Shown: positions 35,873 to 49,546, numbered from the stretch's first letter. The stretch: 64,000 nucleotides of DNA from Antechinus flavipes (GCF_016432865.1 NC_067402.1:16926001-16990000); one strand, 5' to 3'. Notes: a model not told the origin generated them from the sequence alone. Program-made: numbers and translations.

Positions 35873-38800
35873 CAACCAGAGAAATTTCTACAGATCTTTC
35901 ATAAGAAAGGTGGATCCATGCACTCATCCAGAAAGGCAAGCTCTCCCTCTAAAGCCATCTCTCTAAAAATGGCAGACAACCAGGTTTAGAGGAAATATTT
36001 CTGATGTCCGCCTCATGGTGTGAAAATTGTAATTAGTGATGATTTATGGGCTCCTGTGGTCTAGACAAGAGGGTGTTCTTGGCTGGAATTGCTCCTGGGG
36101 GAGAGCACTTTGAAAATCCCCATATGATTCATTATTATTTCTAAGGTCCATGCTACTGAAGAGGTCCTGGCCTTTGGAGGCAATTGTTGAAAAAACCAAC
36201 TTGCCCCAGCTTCACCTCTAGCTTGATTTTCCTCTCTTTGACAAAATAGGGACAAAGACTGAATAGGGGGAAGGAAGAAAGGGAAAAAGGAGGAAAAAAT
36301 AAAAAGGGATTAAAAAAAGAAGAAAGGAAAGGAGGAAGGAAAGGAGCAGTGAAAGAAGGAAGAAAGGAAGGAAAGGGGGAGAGATAAAAAAAACCTTCCA
36401 GCATCTAGAAGATGAAATTTAGAACCCACTTGATTGGTTCTCCTGTTGAGAATTCTCCAGAAATAACATTCAATTTGTGATTTTTCCTAATGCCTCCCAC
36501 CTCCTTTTAACTCTCCTTCATTTTTTTAAATCACTACAAACTTCACAAATATGAACATTTTCACATACAAATATGAAAGTGTGACTCTGTTTCACCTGGC
36601 AGCATCATTCTCTCTCTCCAGAAATTCATATTTCTTTGCATTTTCATTCTTGGTTACTCATTGTAATCTCTTCCACTGCTTTGAGAGAATATGAACTCCT
36701 TCAGGGCAGGATCTGTTTAACTGTTGTCAGTATCCCTGTGCTGAAGAACAAGGGGTGCCTTTGAGAGTGACCTTGGGAACCTACTCCATTGAGAGCTGAG
36801 ACAAGGGCCTTTGGACATGAACTTGGGGGGGGGACCAATGCTCTATAAATTGAATTAAGTTTGAGACAGGTGGGAAGAGAAGAGTGTGTCTATAGGGGAA
36901 ATGTTAATTTATACTCCTGTTATTGCTATATTTTCAAAGCATCTCTTTATAAAAGCAAATTGATTATTAAGTAGTTACCATGGAAGTGGGATGCTAGTCA
37001 CTAGAGTTGGGAAGACCTGACTTTGAATCCTGTTTCTGATTCACACTAGCTGTGTGTGGAGTGGCCTTCAGCGACCCATTTATTCATGTGATAAAGGCAA
37101 GAAACCCTACGCACCCCCCAGAGTTGGTGAGAGAATCCAACAAATTAAATGTACGAAGGTTCTATTTACCGTTACTGATCTCTTGGTGACCCCCAACTGT
37201 AATTAGGCCTCTCAGGACAGGAATGGGCTTTGAAAATTGTTGGGTACATCCACATTAATGGGATCACAGTCACTGCAGGTTTGAAGTGCAGTAATGGCAG
37301 ATGGCCCAAATGTTTGGTCCGCTGGCATCCGTGTAATGTCAAGAGATCTAAGAACCCCTTTAATACTTCTAATATTCCCATATATGCTAAATGTGTGCCT
37401 GCTAATAGGAGAACATCTGTAACTGGAGGCATTGTTTCAAGTTGCACTTTTTAAGGACTCTATCCTCTGTGCGAGTTTGTTATAACAAGTAAATGCACAG
37501 TACTGTAACTTAATAAATGTGGTTAATTTGGAAAATGAAAAAAAATGTCGAGATCTAGAAAAAGGACTTCAGTATAGGGGAAAGCCCCTAATGGTCAACT
37601 TAGGGGAGGACATAGATGAAGATGGCCCAGGATGCACTACATCCTGGATGCTAGAACCATCCACATGGATAACATCACAAATCCACTGTGTCATCCTGGG
37701 CTGGATTTGGAAGCCTGAGGGTCCACATTTGAATCCTGACTCTTTTGCTGATGAAAATTTCTTCTTTAGGCCTCAGTTTCCCTAATGTGTAGAAAGAGGG
37801 GCTTAGAAGAGAGGATCTCTAAGATCACTTCTCATTTTAAAATTTTCCAGAAAGAACGATCTGAAATTCAGCTGTGCTGCCACTAGGTGGTGGAGACCTG
37901 TGATGGCTCCACAGTCCCAGCAGTAGCAATGTACTCTGGGAGGATTTTGGTAAAACTGCCTTATCTCCATTTCTGCCCAAGTCTGTCCAATTCAAGAAAC
38001 CGTTCTGCGCTGGGCTGTTACGCTTGGGTTTTATGTTGCTAGCGTAACCTTTAATCGAGCTTTCTTATTGCCTGGAAGATTTTTTTCTCCCAATTTTGCT
38101 TTGTGCACAGCGTAGCCTCGGCTAAATTACACGCTTATGTTGCAGAAACCATCTGGCTTTGATAACAGATTTCTGGAGCTTGCCTCATTTTAACAAGAAG
38201 GAACAATATAATCTTAGGGCTTCAGAGACCCAGAAACGAGGAGGTAGAAGCCCCATCAGCAGCCTCTGAGGGCCAAGTCACATCTGAACAGGAACCTTCG
38301 TCTCCCAAGCGGTCGCCCAAGCTTGAACTCCCATGGAGGACCCACTGCCATCCCATGGCAGCCCAGGCCATTTCTGCCCAGTTCTAATCTCCTTCCAGTT
38401 CACTTCTGGACAACCTCCATCGAGACTAGCACTGGAAGCCCAGTAAAAAAAATACTCACTCTTCATGTTGATCTTTTGGGGGAAAAATATCCCAGAATTG
38501 GGGGGGGTTCTAAAAAGGGGAGTTTACAGCAGCCTTCTGCCTATTTCTAATGCCATCTCTCACCTTCTTCATCAATGAAGGGGCCCAGGTTTTGGTGGAT
38601 AGAATCACTTTTTGGGCTTTCCAGGATAAAAGAGCTGAAGGAGAGGGGGGAAGTCTCAGGTTCAGACTAGCTCGCCTTCGGTCGCCAAAGATTTGGTGCT
38701 AAGCTGCCCAGGAAGAGAGGCAGGGAGATAGTGGGATGACCTTATCCACTGAGGCTCTTGCAGCCTGACAGTTCTGTGAGGCTTTGTTTTAGATCCAAAC

Positions 38801-39954
38801 ATTCCTCATTTTATTCACACTGGGCTAACAAACGCATCTTTTCATTTGAAGACTTCAAGGTCGATGAGATGGAAATCACCATTATCTTGGGTTCCCACAG
38901 GGGGCAGGGGGTGCTGGTGGGGATGGAGACTGGTTTTTCTCTCTTTAATACTTTATTTGGATAATGATGTTATTTTTAAAAAATGTATTATTTATTCAAA
39001 ACAGACAACTCCATCCAGATCCAGGCCTGCCGTCTGGGGCCAGAGAAGGGAATATTGTGGGTAACCTTTCTTCAGAGGATGGGAGGGAGAACATTTGAGA
39101 AATCTCTTGCTTGTTGCAAGAACACAGATCTGATCAGAACAACTTGGACGCGAAAAAGGTGACAATAAGTAGCATTAGAACTATGACTGGCTAGAGTTAT
39201 ATATGTCATCTATCTTATTTAACTACAACAAAGCATAGAGAGCACTGTTAGGTTTGCAAAATGCTCGGCAGAGATTATCGTTTTCAGAACAGTCCTGGGA
39301 GGGAGAGGCCATTATTAAGTCCATTTTACGGGTGATGCAGTCGAGGCTTTCGGAGGTAAAGGGCCCACCAGGGAACAGGGCCGAGTCTAGGATGCCATTT
39401 TTTTTTCTGCCTTATTTACCCAAAGCTGAATTAAGCTTGGCGGGTGCCTCGCTTTCCCCACCAAACCCTATCTCGGATGATGGGCTAAGGTGTCACGGGA
39501 CTGAGGGACCCTCTCCCCCCACCGGCAACTCATAAAGAGCCTTCCCCGAGCAGCCGCAGCACCTTGGGATCCCCCGGGCTCACCCCTGGGCACACATGGA
39601 AAAGCCATTAGAACCCAGGCCGCCGGGACCCACGGAGATGAAAGGGCTTCTCTGATTTTAATATGCCAGGTTCAGACAGAAAAAAGGGCCGCATTCTGAA
39701 ATGCAGACGCGAGGCTTTGCAGTTGCTCCAAATGGTTAATGTCTTAGCTCTCACATGTCTCCTAGGCCGAGGGTTGTTTTATTAAAAAAAAAAAAAGTCC
39801 AGAATCTGCCCTGCTTCCCCCTTGCCAAAGGCAGGGCTTCTGCCGGTCTGCTTCCAAAGGAAAATTCCTGGGAAGGTGTCCTGAGGGGCGTTTGGCGGGG
39901 GCCAGGCCGGGCTCCAGTGCAGAACAGCCACGTTTTCTGCTGTCTCCTCTTTGT

Positions 39955-40251
39955 CACCCTCTGTCTCTCTCCTGTCTCCTCTCTCTCTTTCTGTTGCTAT
40001 CTCTTTCCTTTTCTTTCTCCCCTTCCCTCCTGCTCTTCGGTCTCCTCTTCCTCTTTCTTCTTTTCCTTTTGTTCCTCTTCTTCCTCCTCTTCCTTTTTAT
40101 TTCTCTTCCCTTTCTTTCTCCCTTTCCCCCTCCCTTTCTCTTTCCTCTTCCTTCTCCTCTTTCTTCACTTCTTCTTCCTCCTTTCTTCCTCCTCCTTCTC
40201 CTCTTACCCCTCCTTTTCTTTCTTCCCCTCCCCTCTTCTTTTCTTCTCCTC
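39955..40251. repeat. Polypyrimidine (CT-rich) low-complexity tract adjoining an assembly gap
   Basis: Read directly from the sequence. Confidence 0.95.
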
Positions 40252-40434
40252 NNNNNNNNNNNNNNNNNNNNNNNNNNNNNNNNNNNNNNNNNNNNNNNNN
40301 NNNNNNNNNNNNNNNNNNNNNNNNNNNNNNNNNNNNNNNNNNNNNNNNNNNNNNNNNNNNNNNNNNNNNNNNNNNNNNNNNNNNNNNNNNNNNNNNNNNN
40401 NNNNNNNNNNNNNNNNNNNNNNNNNNNNNNNNNN
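40252..40434. other. Assembly gap (N run)
   Basis: 183 N. Confidence 1.
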
Positions 40435-42519
40435 CCCCCCTTTAAAGTAGAGCTTAATTTGTTGGTGCAATATTTCAAAAATCCTCTCTCTCATCCTAAA
40501 AGATGTCCTGTTTTATCACTTCATCCAGTACCTTTTCATGATCATGTTCTGGCCAGCATTGGAGTCCCTGCTGAGAGCAGGAGCCAGAGGCTCGTTTCCT
40601 TCCCCCCAACATTTCTAGCACCAGGTACAATATGTACAATATGGCTGGATGGGGAAGGGCTTTGACATTCCTAACAGGGGCCCTATTATTGTTCTTGAGC
40701 GTGGTGGAATAGTCACAGCAGAGCAGAAATTCCGTATATAAACAGTGAGTTATTCCACGCCTGAAATTCTGCAAGGACAACAGAGTAAAAATTCTCAGAC
40801 TTGGCCTTTTATTTAAAGGGAAATAATTTCTATTTTGCTGCTGCAAGGGGAGAAGCCCTTCATTAAATTCTCTGCTGCTGTTGGGCTTTTTGGCTTCAGA
40901 GGCTGCGCCCGGCGGGCCCCAGAGGAGGGCTCCCCCACTCCCACTTTCCTCACCTTTGCCCTTTGCGGGGGCCACCCTGCCTAATCCATGGCCACATGGG
41001 GCTCTTTCCCTCAAGTAATGACTCTACAGACTTTGTATTTACTTATATTATTTACATACTAGGTTTCCTGCGGGAGAATGGACACTCTCTCCAAAGGCAC
41101 GTCTCCATTGCTTTTTGGACTTCTGTTTCCAGCACAGTGTCTGCCAGTTGTCACTCAAATATTCCAGGAGAGTTGTGAGCTCAGCCACATCTCAAGTCCT
41201 CCAGGCCTGCCCATCTGTGTAGCCCTTGCTTCCATGGTCTCCCTAAGCTTGGCACAAGGGTTCTCGCAATGGGAACAAATCAAGCAGTTAATAGCAACTG
41301 AGTTGTTGAACACAAGGCAGTTCGGTACGGTGAGTCCGAGGACCTGGTTTCACTTACTACCTTATACCACTTTGGGCCTCGGTTTCCATATCTGTAAAAT
41401 AAAGGAGTTGGGCCACCCGGCCCCTGGAGCCCAGTCTGTGTGTGAGTCACAGACTCTTTGGGCCATCGGGTCTAGCCTAGGACCTCTTCTCAGAATAAGG
41501 GTTTTAAATACAAAAAAGAAAATCCTTAGGATTACAAAGGAAACCAGAGGCTGATGAAAGCAGATGTCATTATTTCAGTCCCATCCAAGTTTGCAGACTC
41601 CCTGAAATCCATCCTTGGACCAGAAACCCTTGCTCCACCTCTAAGATTCTCTGATTGTTCTCTGTATCTCAAAGGAAGCTGGGTCTGAGGGGAAAGGGGA
41701 AGACCCATCTTTAACATCCCCGTCTGTTCGTCCATCAGTCTGTCCACTGTGTCCCTCTGCCTTCCCCTTCCTCTCCCTCCAAGGGCAGCGGCTGGTCTCT
41801 GACTTCCTTCTTGCTGAGCCTCCCCCTGGCAGTCCGGAGGCTCCACCGCTTGCTTTGTTCTTAGATGGACGTTTATAGCAGGGGGTGCTATTCCCTGGCT
41901 AGAGAAGCTGGTGGAGGAGGGGGGCAGGAGGAGGAGGGGGACAGGAGGAGGAGGGGGGCAGGAGGAGGAGGAGCAGCAGCAGGAGGAAGGCTGCTTTTCA
42001 CTTCTGGCTCTGCTTCCCCGGCTTTAACCACAGAACCTCAGAAAAAGCCCCCCGTGGCCGGGGCTCAGGGCGGGGGACAGGCCCCAGCTCCCGGCCCACC
42101 TTTGTTTTCAGAATCGGTGGCAGAAAGTGAAGAGGAATTAAGAAGCTTCTTAGTGAGGGCCAGCTTGAAGCTTGACATCAAAAACCCCGCTAAAACCCGG
42201 GCTACGGGTCCCATCGCTTCCTGGCCAATAAAGGAGAAGAAACGGAAGCGGCCTCAGATTCTTGGGCTGGAAGGGCCCCGCAGACGGGCCTGCAGCCGTG
42301 ACGCGAAAAGGCGGCCGCTGGGCGCAGGAGAGGACCTGGCGGCAGCCCGAGAGCAGAGATGTCCACAAAGGGCTGCAGATTTTCCAGCAGAAATGTGTGA
42401 CCGAGAGTGCCCGGCTACCAGAAAAGCCGCGCCGGCCAATCCATGCTTCTGACTCGGAGTACCGGAGAAGGCTTTTCAGGGTTACTTGGGCAACAGGGAG
42501 ATCCGATCCTTCGGCGCTT

Positions 42520-42765
42520 AAATTAACTTAGTCTGTTCACTGGAAGGTCAATTACTGATGCTGAAGCTTAACAACTTTAATGAGGACTCTTTGGAAAAGA
42601 CCCTGAGGTTGGGAAGGACTGAAGGAACTAGCCAGAAGGGATGGCGGAGGATGAGATGGGTAGAGAGGGTCATGAGCTTGGATGGACATAGAGAGGTAAT
42701 GTAGGATCAAAAGGTCCGGCGTCCTCTGGTCCGTGGGGTCACCGAGAGCTGGACACACTTCAGGG
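42520..42765 (+). mobile_element. BovB-type RTE 3' end fragment
   Basis: ttcactggaaggtcaattactgatgctgaagct...ctctttggaaaagaccctgaggttgggaaggactgaagg...gaggatgagatgg...tccgtggggtcaccgagagctggacac matches the recalled BovB 3' terminus. Confidence 0.82.
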
Positions 42766-43631
42766 ACTCTACACCAATCTCAACCACCCTCCGCCCAGCC
42801 AGAAAACTCCCTGCCCTGAGGCGTTTGTGCCAGCTTGCTCAGCTAGTCCCATCAAGTGCCAGGTCCGCCCGGGACTGCCCCGTCTAGGATAAAATAATAA
42901 CTTGTAGAAAGAGCACTGGAGAAGCCACATTCAAATCACGGCCCTGTCATTCACAGCCTATCTGAATTCAGGCCAGTCATTCCAGTCCCTCAGGCCTCAG
43001 TTTTCCCACTTGTAAAACGAAGAGGTCAACCTCTAAAATCCTAGCTCTTAATCTAGAATCCACTGGAATATAAACTCCTTGAGAGCAAGGCTGTTTTATA
43101 CATTGTTTTATCTTGCTAGCACACAGTAGGTGTGTTTAACAAATATCTGTGGGGTGATTGGTGAATCCTTAGGTCTTCCACACCCGACCTTCTGGAACCC
43201 CCAAGTTTGTTGATTAGACATGAATTGACTTCGGCTAGACCTGGGATAATGGCCATATAGTTGGTTCTGGGCAAGGGCTGGGACGTTTGCTTTCCCCTCC
43301 TCCAGCACAGTCTGGAGTCTCCAATAAGGCAATGAAAGCTTTCAGAGGAGGCGACTACTACCAGTGGAAGCAGACTTTATCCAACCCCTCTCCCTAAAAA
43401 ACACATTATTTTTTTTTTGGTCAACATCACTGAAATGAAAATTAAAGTCTTAACCTATAAAGGAATATCTTTTAGTCCCAGGTAAATCAATCTACTAATC
43501 ATTCAATTTATAAGCATTTATTAAGTGCTCAATATATAGACCAGGCCCTGGACTAAGTACTTGGAGTAAATCTTTAAACTATCTATTTACATGAATAGTA
43601 ACATTCTATATGAGAACCATAATTCTCAGGC

Positions 43632-43633
<2 letters not shown>

Positions 43634-43678
<45 letters not shown>
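43634..43678. repeat. (CA)n microsatellite
   Basis: Read directly from the sequence. Confidence 0.97.
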
Positions 43679-43681
<3 letters not shown>

Positions 43682-45544
43682 GCACGCACACACTCAGATC
43701 TGTTTGGCTATTACATCAAACTTTTCCCTTTTTCAAGGAAAAGAGAAATGCAAATTTCAGATCATTTGGCCAACATGGAGTGTTCTAAATAACTCATTTC
43801 TGCTCGTGATATATAAGGGCAAAAGTCACTCTTTGAGGGCCCCCAAGAAGAAGCAGAGCAAGTACTCCCGTTGGAGCTATTAATTAGCCAACACCACTTG
43901 TACGGCACTTTCTGGCCGCCACCATTGGTAGATGCCAGTGCACAGACAGAAAATAAACAAATAAAAGCAACACTGGGCCCTGCTAATAAGCTCCAGCACG
44001 TGAAACTCAGTCTCTGCCAAGCAATAGAGAGCTGTTTTCTCAGTTCTCTCTAAGGTAGCATATGGGTCAAGAAATGTGAAATAACCAAAGAGACTGGAGT
44101 TTATTATCAACCAATATTTCCCAAGCTCATGGTGTGGGAGTGGGGGGAGTTAAGAAGCATTTAAGGCACAGGGCAGGAAAGGGAGGGAAGCATCATTTGT
44201 GATAATCATAATTACACCTCAAGGGAGTCCCCTCAAAGGCCTTCATGCTTAGGGCATTTACATTTTAAGAAAAGGCAACAATAATTGGAGTTCTCTCTTT
44301 TCTATTTCTTTCTGTACTTATTACCTGGCTCTCATAATTAGCATTTGTTCAAGATGCTATTTTTAAATTTTCTTGAATGATCACATCACTTTGCTGTCCT
44401 ATCAGCTTAAAGTTTTGTGTGAGGTTAACCATTTTTCCAACCAGATCATTCCTTAAGCTTCTCAGAAAGTACTATACAATACTCAAGATGGTCTTTCATA
44501 AATAAATACTTGATTGACAGATTAAGGACTTAAAAAAATCTCAGATAATATCCAACTAGAAAGGTTAATTTACTTTAAAAATGTCATCTTCACTGGTATA
44601 TTTTATTCTGACATCCCCTTCGTTTTTAATGAAAGAACCCCTTCCTCCATTTCCCCAGTTAGTCATCTCTTAAAATAAGAATTTTTAAAAGAAAAGACCA
44701 AGCAGCTAGGCAAAGCAAACCCACACACCCACTGTGACCGCCACTGCGTGCTTCTCTCCTGATGATTTAATAGAGTAATCTTTCATGTTACGGTGGGATG
44801 GCCACGTAGAATGCACTGGGGAGTATGGTGTGAGGTGATGGTCTGAGCCTGATTTCTGCCGGGTTGCTTTCCAGTTTCCTCAGCAGTTTCAGAGGCTATT
44901 TCTTAAGTGATTCGGGTTTCCAGTTTGTTGAACACTGAGCTATCTGGATTTTTGGGGAGCCTACCTTTGGCGGAACAATGTGGCCGGCCTGGCGGAGTTG
45001 TGCCCTCTGAGAAAGGACCTCAGTGTTTGGTACTTTGTCCTGCAGGGATCTTCAGACTCTTCCGAAGATAATTCAAATGGAAGGGATTCGGTTTCTGGCC
45101 TGGCTCTGGAGGCCTTCCCCGGTGGTCGGTCTAACCCTCTCCTCTCTCACACTTTCCTTGGGAGCCTCCCAGACCTTGGGCTGGCTCTGGCCACATAAGT
45201 GTCATCATTCATGTGACATCCCCAGAAGGAAGACTGCCAAGGTGAGAGCGCTGATACCCGGCGCTCGAGGCTTCTCCACATGTCACCGAGGGCTCCACAT
45301 CTGACAGTGTGGTCCGACGGTGCGGCCTGGGTTCTCTTGGTGTTAATTAGGACAGAATTAGCAGGAGCAGCAGAGAATGCGTTCTCGCTTTGTTGCCTTT
45401 GGAGGCTGCACTGAGCGCATAATCATCTGCAAACAAAAGCAGCCCCAAGCTCCCTCCACTTTCCTTCTGGCTCGTAGCCCTTTCAAGCTTACTATCTGTG
45501 CTGCCGAAGCAGGCCCCAATTTCTCTTTCTTTTATTGCCTCTTG

Positions 45545-47460
45545 GATTTATCATTAATATAAAGAAATGCTATTGATTTTTAAGAGTTCATTTTGTAGTC
45601 TGGGATTTTGCTGAAGTTAATTGTCTCAATTAATATCTTTGCTGATTCTGGAAGATTTTCCAATTAAATGATTTAAATCATGTCACCGGCAAATAGGGAT
45701 GATGTTGTCTTCTCTTTACCTCGAGGCATGCCTTTAATTTCTTTCTTTTAGTTGACTACTATTCTTAACCTTTCTAGAACCTTATTAAAAATTAGTGCGG
45801 AGAGCTGGGTAGCTTTGCTTTATTCCCCTATTTGCGGGGTAAATTTCTAGTTTATTTTCATTGTATATGATGCTTGCTTTTGGTTTTAGATATTTTTTAT
45901 AACCTTTAAATATCATCCTTCTGTGCCTATATTTTGTAGGGGTTTTAGCATAAATGAATTCTGTACTTTGTCAGGATCTTTTTCTGTATGTCTTGAGATA
46001 ATCACTGGTTTTTTTTTAAAAATCTTTTTGGGGCATTTATTTTTATTATGATTAGTTATGTTGACTATTTCCCTAATGTTGAACCATCCTTATATCCCTG
46101 GTTTAAATCCACATTGGTCAAAATGAATGATTTCTTGGATGAATTATGATGTTTGATAAGATTTTATTTTAAAAAATTTAAATCCATAATTCATTAATGA
46201 AATCATTCTAGATCATTCTCCTATCCTTTATCTTTTCCTGGTTTAGAAGTTAGGACTCTATATGTCTCTTAAAATGAATTTGATAGGGTGCTTTCTCAAT
46301 TTTGGAGAATAATTAGTATAGTATGTGTATAGTATAGGTAGGGGAAGAAGGAAATAAGCATTTGCCTACTGCGTGCCAGTACTCTACTAAGCACTTCACA
46401 AATATGATCTCATTTGATCCTCACAACAGCTTACAAGGTAAGGTACCATTATTACTTGCATTTGAGAGATAAGAAAGTCAAGGCTTTATAAGTGACTAGT
46501 CACATATCTATTAAGTGTTTGTGACAATTATGAATACAGGCCTTCTGGCCTCTGGGCTAAATGTTTTATTACTGAACCATTTCTTTGAAAGATGTGATGG
46601 AATTCTGTGAATCCATCAGAACCAGAAGCTCTTTTCTTTGGTAGTTCCTTCACAGGTAAGTATGTTCCATTTTCTGAGATTTATTTAAGATGTCTACTTG
46701 GGAATTTCTTCGACAAAGAGATCTAACTCAGTTTCAATTGATCAAGCATGGACAGAAGCAGCTACACCCAAAGAAAGAACACTGGGAAATGAATGTAAAC
46801 TGCTTGCATTTTTGTTTTTCTTCCCAGATTATTTCTACCTTCTGAATCCAATTCTCCCTGTGCAACAAGAGAACTGTTCGGTTCTGCGCACATATATTGT
46901 ATCTAGGATATACTGTAACCTATTTAACATGTATAGGACTGCTTGCCATCTGAGGGAGGGAGGGAAAAAATCGGAACAGAAGAGAGTGCAAGGGATAATG
47001 TTGTAAAAAATTACCCTGGCATGGGTTTTGTCAATAAAAAGTTATTTAAAAAAAAAAGAATTAGCTCAAAGAGGATCAAAAAAAAAAGATGCCTACTTGG
47101 TCCTTCTGTTAGTTAAAATAATTTATGTTTTTGAAGATGTCATTTTTTGTGTTTTTATTTTTATTAGCATATAATTTTACATAATAGGTTCTTTTTATTA
47201 TTCATTTTATTTCTTCTAGATCTGATATGACTTCACCCTGCTTATTACTATTTTGTTGATTTTGGTTTTTTGCATTCTTCTTTTTAATCAGACTTGACTA
47301 AAGTTTTATCAACTGTATTAATCTTTTCAAAGAAACACATTTAGTTTTATCAATAGATTTTTTTTCTTTTGGTTTCCAGTTTACCTTTCTTCTTTAATTT
47401 TTAGAATCTTCTTCTATATGTTTGTTTTACATTTATGAATTTGTTGATTTTCTAATTAAA
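45545..47460 (-). mobile_element. Old L1 ORF2 (RT region), interrupted by a MIR/L2-like piece (about 46330-46560) and the young L1 at 46702
   Basis: The reverse complement near 45670-45700 reads SLFAGDM (a degenerate SLFADDM RT motif); the plus strand is T-rich like antisense L1. Boundaries are approximate. Confidence 0.7.
46702..47085 (+). mobile_element. Young dasyurid-type L1 3' end with two A-tails and a 15-bp TSD (one mismatch)
   Basis: AAGATGTCTACTTGG at 46687-46701 and AAGATGCCTACTTGG at 47086-47100. The L1 3' UTR ends caataaaaagttattt followed by an A-run. Confidence 0.88.
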
Positions 47461-47574
47461 ATGCACATTCTAAGATGAATCCTCTCATTTTCTGTTTTGT
47501 TGTCCGATATGCAATCTTACACAATATACAAAGTCCTTCTGCAAAGAGAAGCCAGAGGTACATGTACTTGTTTT

Positions 47575-47870
47575 TTTACCCAACTTTTCCTCTCTTTCCC
47601 TCCACCCCCTCCTCTACATGGCAGGTAGTCCCACACATGTTAAATATGGTAAAGTATATGTTAAATACAATATATGTATACATATTTATACAATGGTCTT
47701 GCTACACAAGAAAAATCAGATTTAGAAAGAAGATAAAAATAACCTGGTCAGAAAAACAAAAATGTCAGCAAACAATAACAGAAAGCGTGTAAATGCTATG
47801 TTGTGGTCCACACTCCTTTCCCAGTGTTCTTTCACTGGGTGTAGCTGGTTCTGTTCATTCATGTACTCGG
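47575..47870 (-). mobile_element. L1 3' UTR fragment (intermediate-age marsupial family)
   Basis: ccctccaccccctcctctacatggcaggtagtc...cccagtgttctttcactgggtgtagctggttc is antisense to the L1 3' UTR type seen at 46702. Confidence 0.7.
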
Positions 47871-49546
47871 TTTTATGGAAGGTCAATTCTAAGACACAGT
47901 TGTTGCATTCCAAAGTGCTTACTGAATTACTTCATTTAAGCCTCAGCTTCCTCATCGATTTAATGAAGGAATTTTCCCCGATGATTTTCAAACTTCCAAG
48001 TTTTTTAATTTATATGTGTATGTGTGCTTTCACTAAAACAGTGGTACCTTTTTAACCACACTGTCCTCAGTACCTATAGCTCTCACATCTACTGTAGTTA
48101 ACCAAAGGAAGATGTAATGACAGTTCCTGAACCCCAAAGCACTGCTCAAGGTAGACCTGATGAAGAAGAAATCGGGTTCCTATATCTGCTATCCCCCAAA
48201 ATCATGCAACCAACAGAAATTATCCAATCACATGGAAATTGTGGTACAATCATACTTTTGTTGGGAAAGGCGGTGTACACTACCATCTCTGTTATTATCC
48301 CTTTACGTTATGGGACAAGAATATTAAACCAAGACAAACTCCCCTGGAAGGTGGAAGCCAAAGCTCAGGTGCCAAAGGGAAATTGATGTAAATGCATTTT
48401 TTTTGGTAAAATAGAAGGATTTCTGTGAAATGATATTTCACAAATGTCTGCATTGTGTAGACATTTAAAACTTAGTCCAAAAGCTCATTAAGAAGTCCAA
48501 CCCCCATCCCAGAAATTTATGGGTCATAAATATCACTCAGCCTGAAATCTCTGAGCATTTCCCTTTTCATCTTGCCTCCCCATCATCTCCAATGCCTTCA
48601 TCACACTTTGACGAACCATCATCATTCTTTCCAAGATGGTGACAATTTCCATCTCTCAGATTTTCCTCCTTCTCTGCTTTTCACTTCATCAGTTCTGATC
48701 TATTGTTATAGCTTGTGCTTCCTTCTAGTTCTCTTGTCCTCATGATGAACTTACTAAACTTTCCTTTCCCCCCCCTGAAAATAGTCTTTCACTTAAAAAC
48801 ACGATAAACATCAAACATGAACGTTTCCATTCCCAAAAAATTCCATGGAAAAAGGATCAGAGTGCAGAAATGGAGGGGAGCATGAGTTGGATGTGGTTCA
48901 CAACCTCTTCTCCACCTTTGACTAAAGCTACAAGGGGAATTGTTGAACATTCTCTGGTTCCTAAAAATGCCAAAAGGTTTCTAATTCTAAAGGTTTATTA
49001 TTCAGCCTAAAGGAAAGGGAAAGCTCCAGTCCAGGCCTGCAGGCCAGAAGTGGGACTGGCCATAGGACAAGGAGAGCCCATTCCACCAATATCACCTTTA
49101 GACCTATGACCTCTAGTGATACAATAGGGAGGGATTGTAAACTTACAGAAAGAGTTGGTCGCATCAAAACGGTCCCACATCAATAGGCAGAAGTCAACAA
49201 GTACCAGAAATCAATGAATAACAAAAGGCATTTTTTTCTCCTTCCCACATTGGGCGATGCTGCCAAACTGATGTCTCTGTTTCCCAAACAGGACTCAATT
49301 TCTCATCTCTCCTATCTTTGAACTGAGTCTCATACCTGGAATATAGTTCCTTTTTACCATCATCTCACTGGATTTTTCTCTTTATTCAAAACATAGCTCA
49401 AATAACAGTTTTTTTCTTGAAGTTTTTCCTGTAGTTGTTAGTATATACCCTGTCTCTCTAATCAACTTTTATTTAATAATTTTGTATTTATTCTCTTTAT
49501 ACTAATTCAGTATGTATGTGGATATGTCATATCTCACCCATTAGAA

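Noticed and set aside
39755-40665. ORFs of 164-257 aa with hydrophobic or Lys/Arg-rich composition
   Set aside because: Artefacts of the CT-rich tract and the N gap. The same applies to 53287-53812 and 32407-32799.
41865-42452. 195-aa ORF on the + strand
   Set aside because: Driven by GGA repeats and high GC; antisense to JAZF1, with no recognisable homology.
44760-44846. TGATGA...CTGA pair resembling a box C/D snoRNA
   Set aside because: It is antisense to the host intron, box C lacks the leading purine, and there is no terminal stem.
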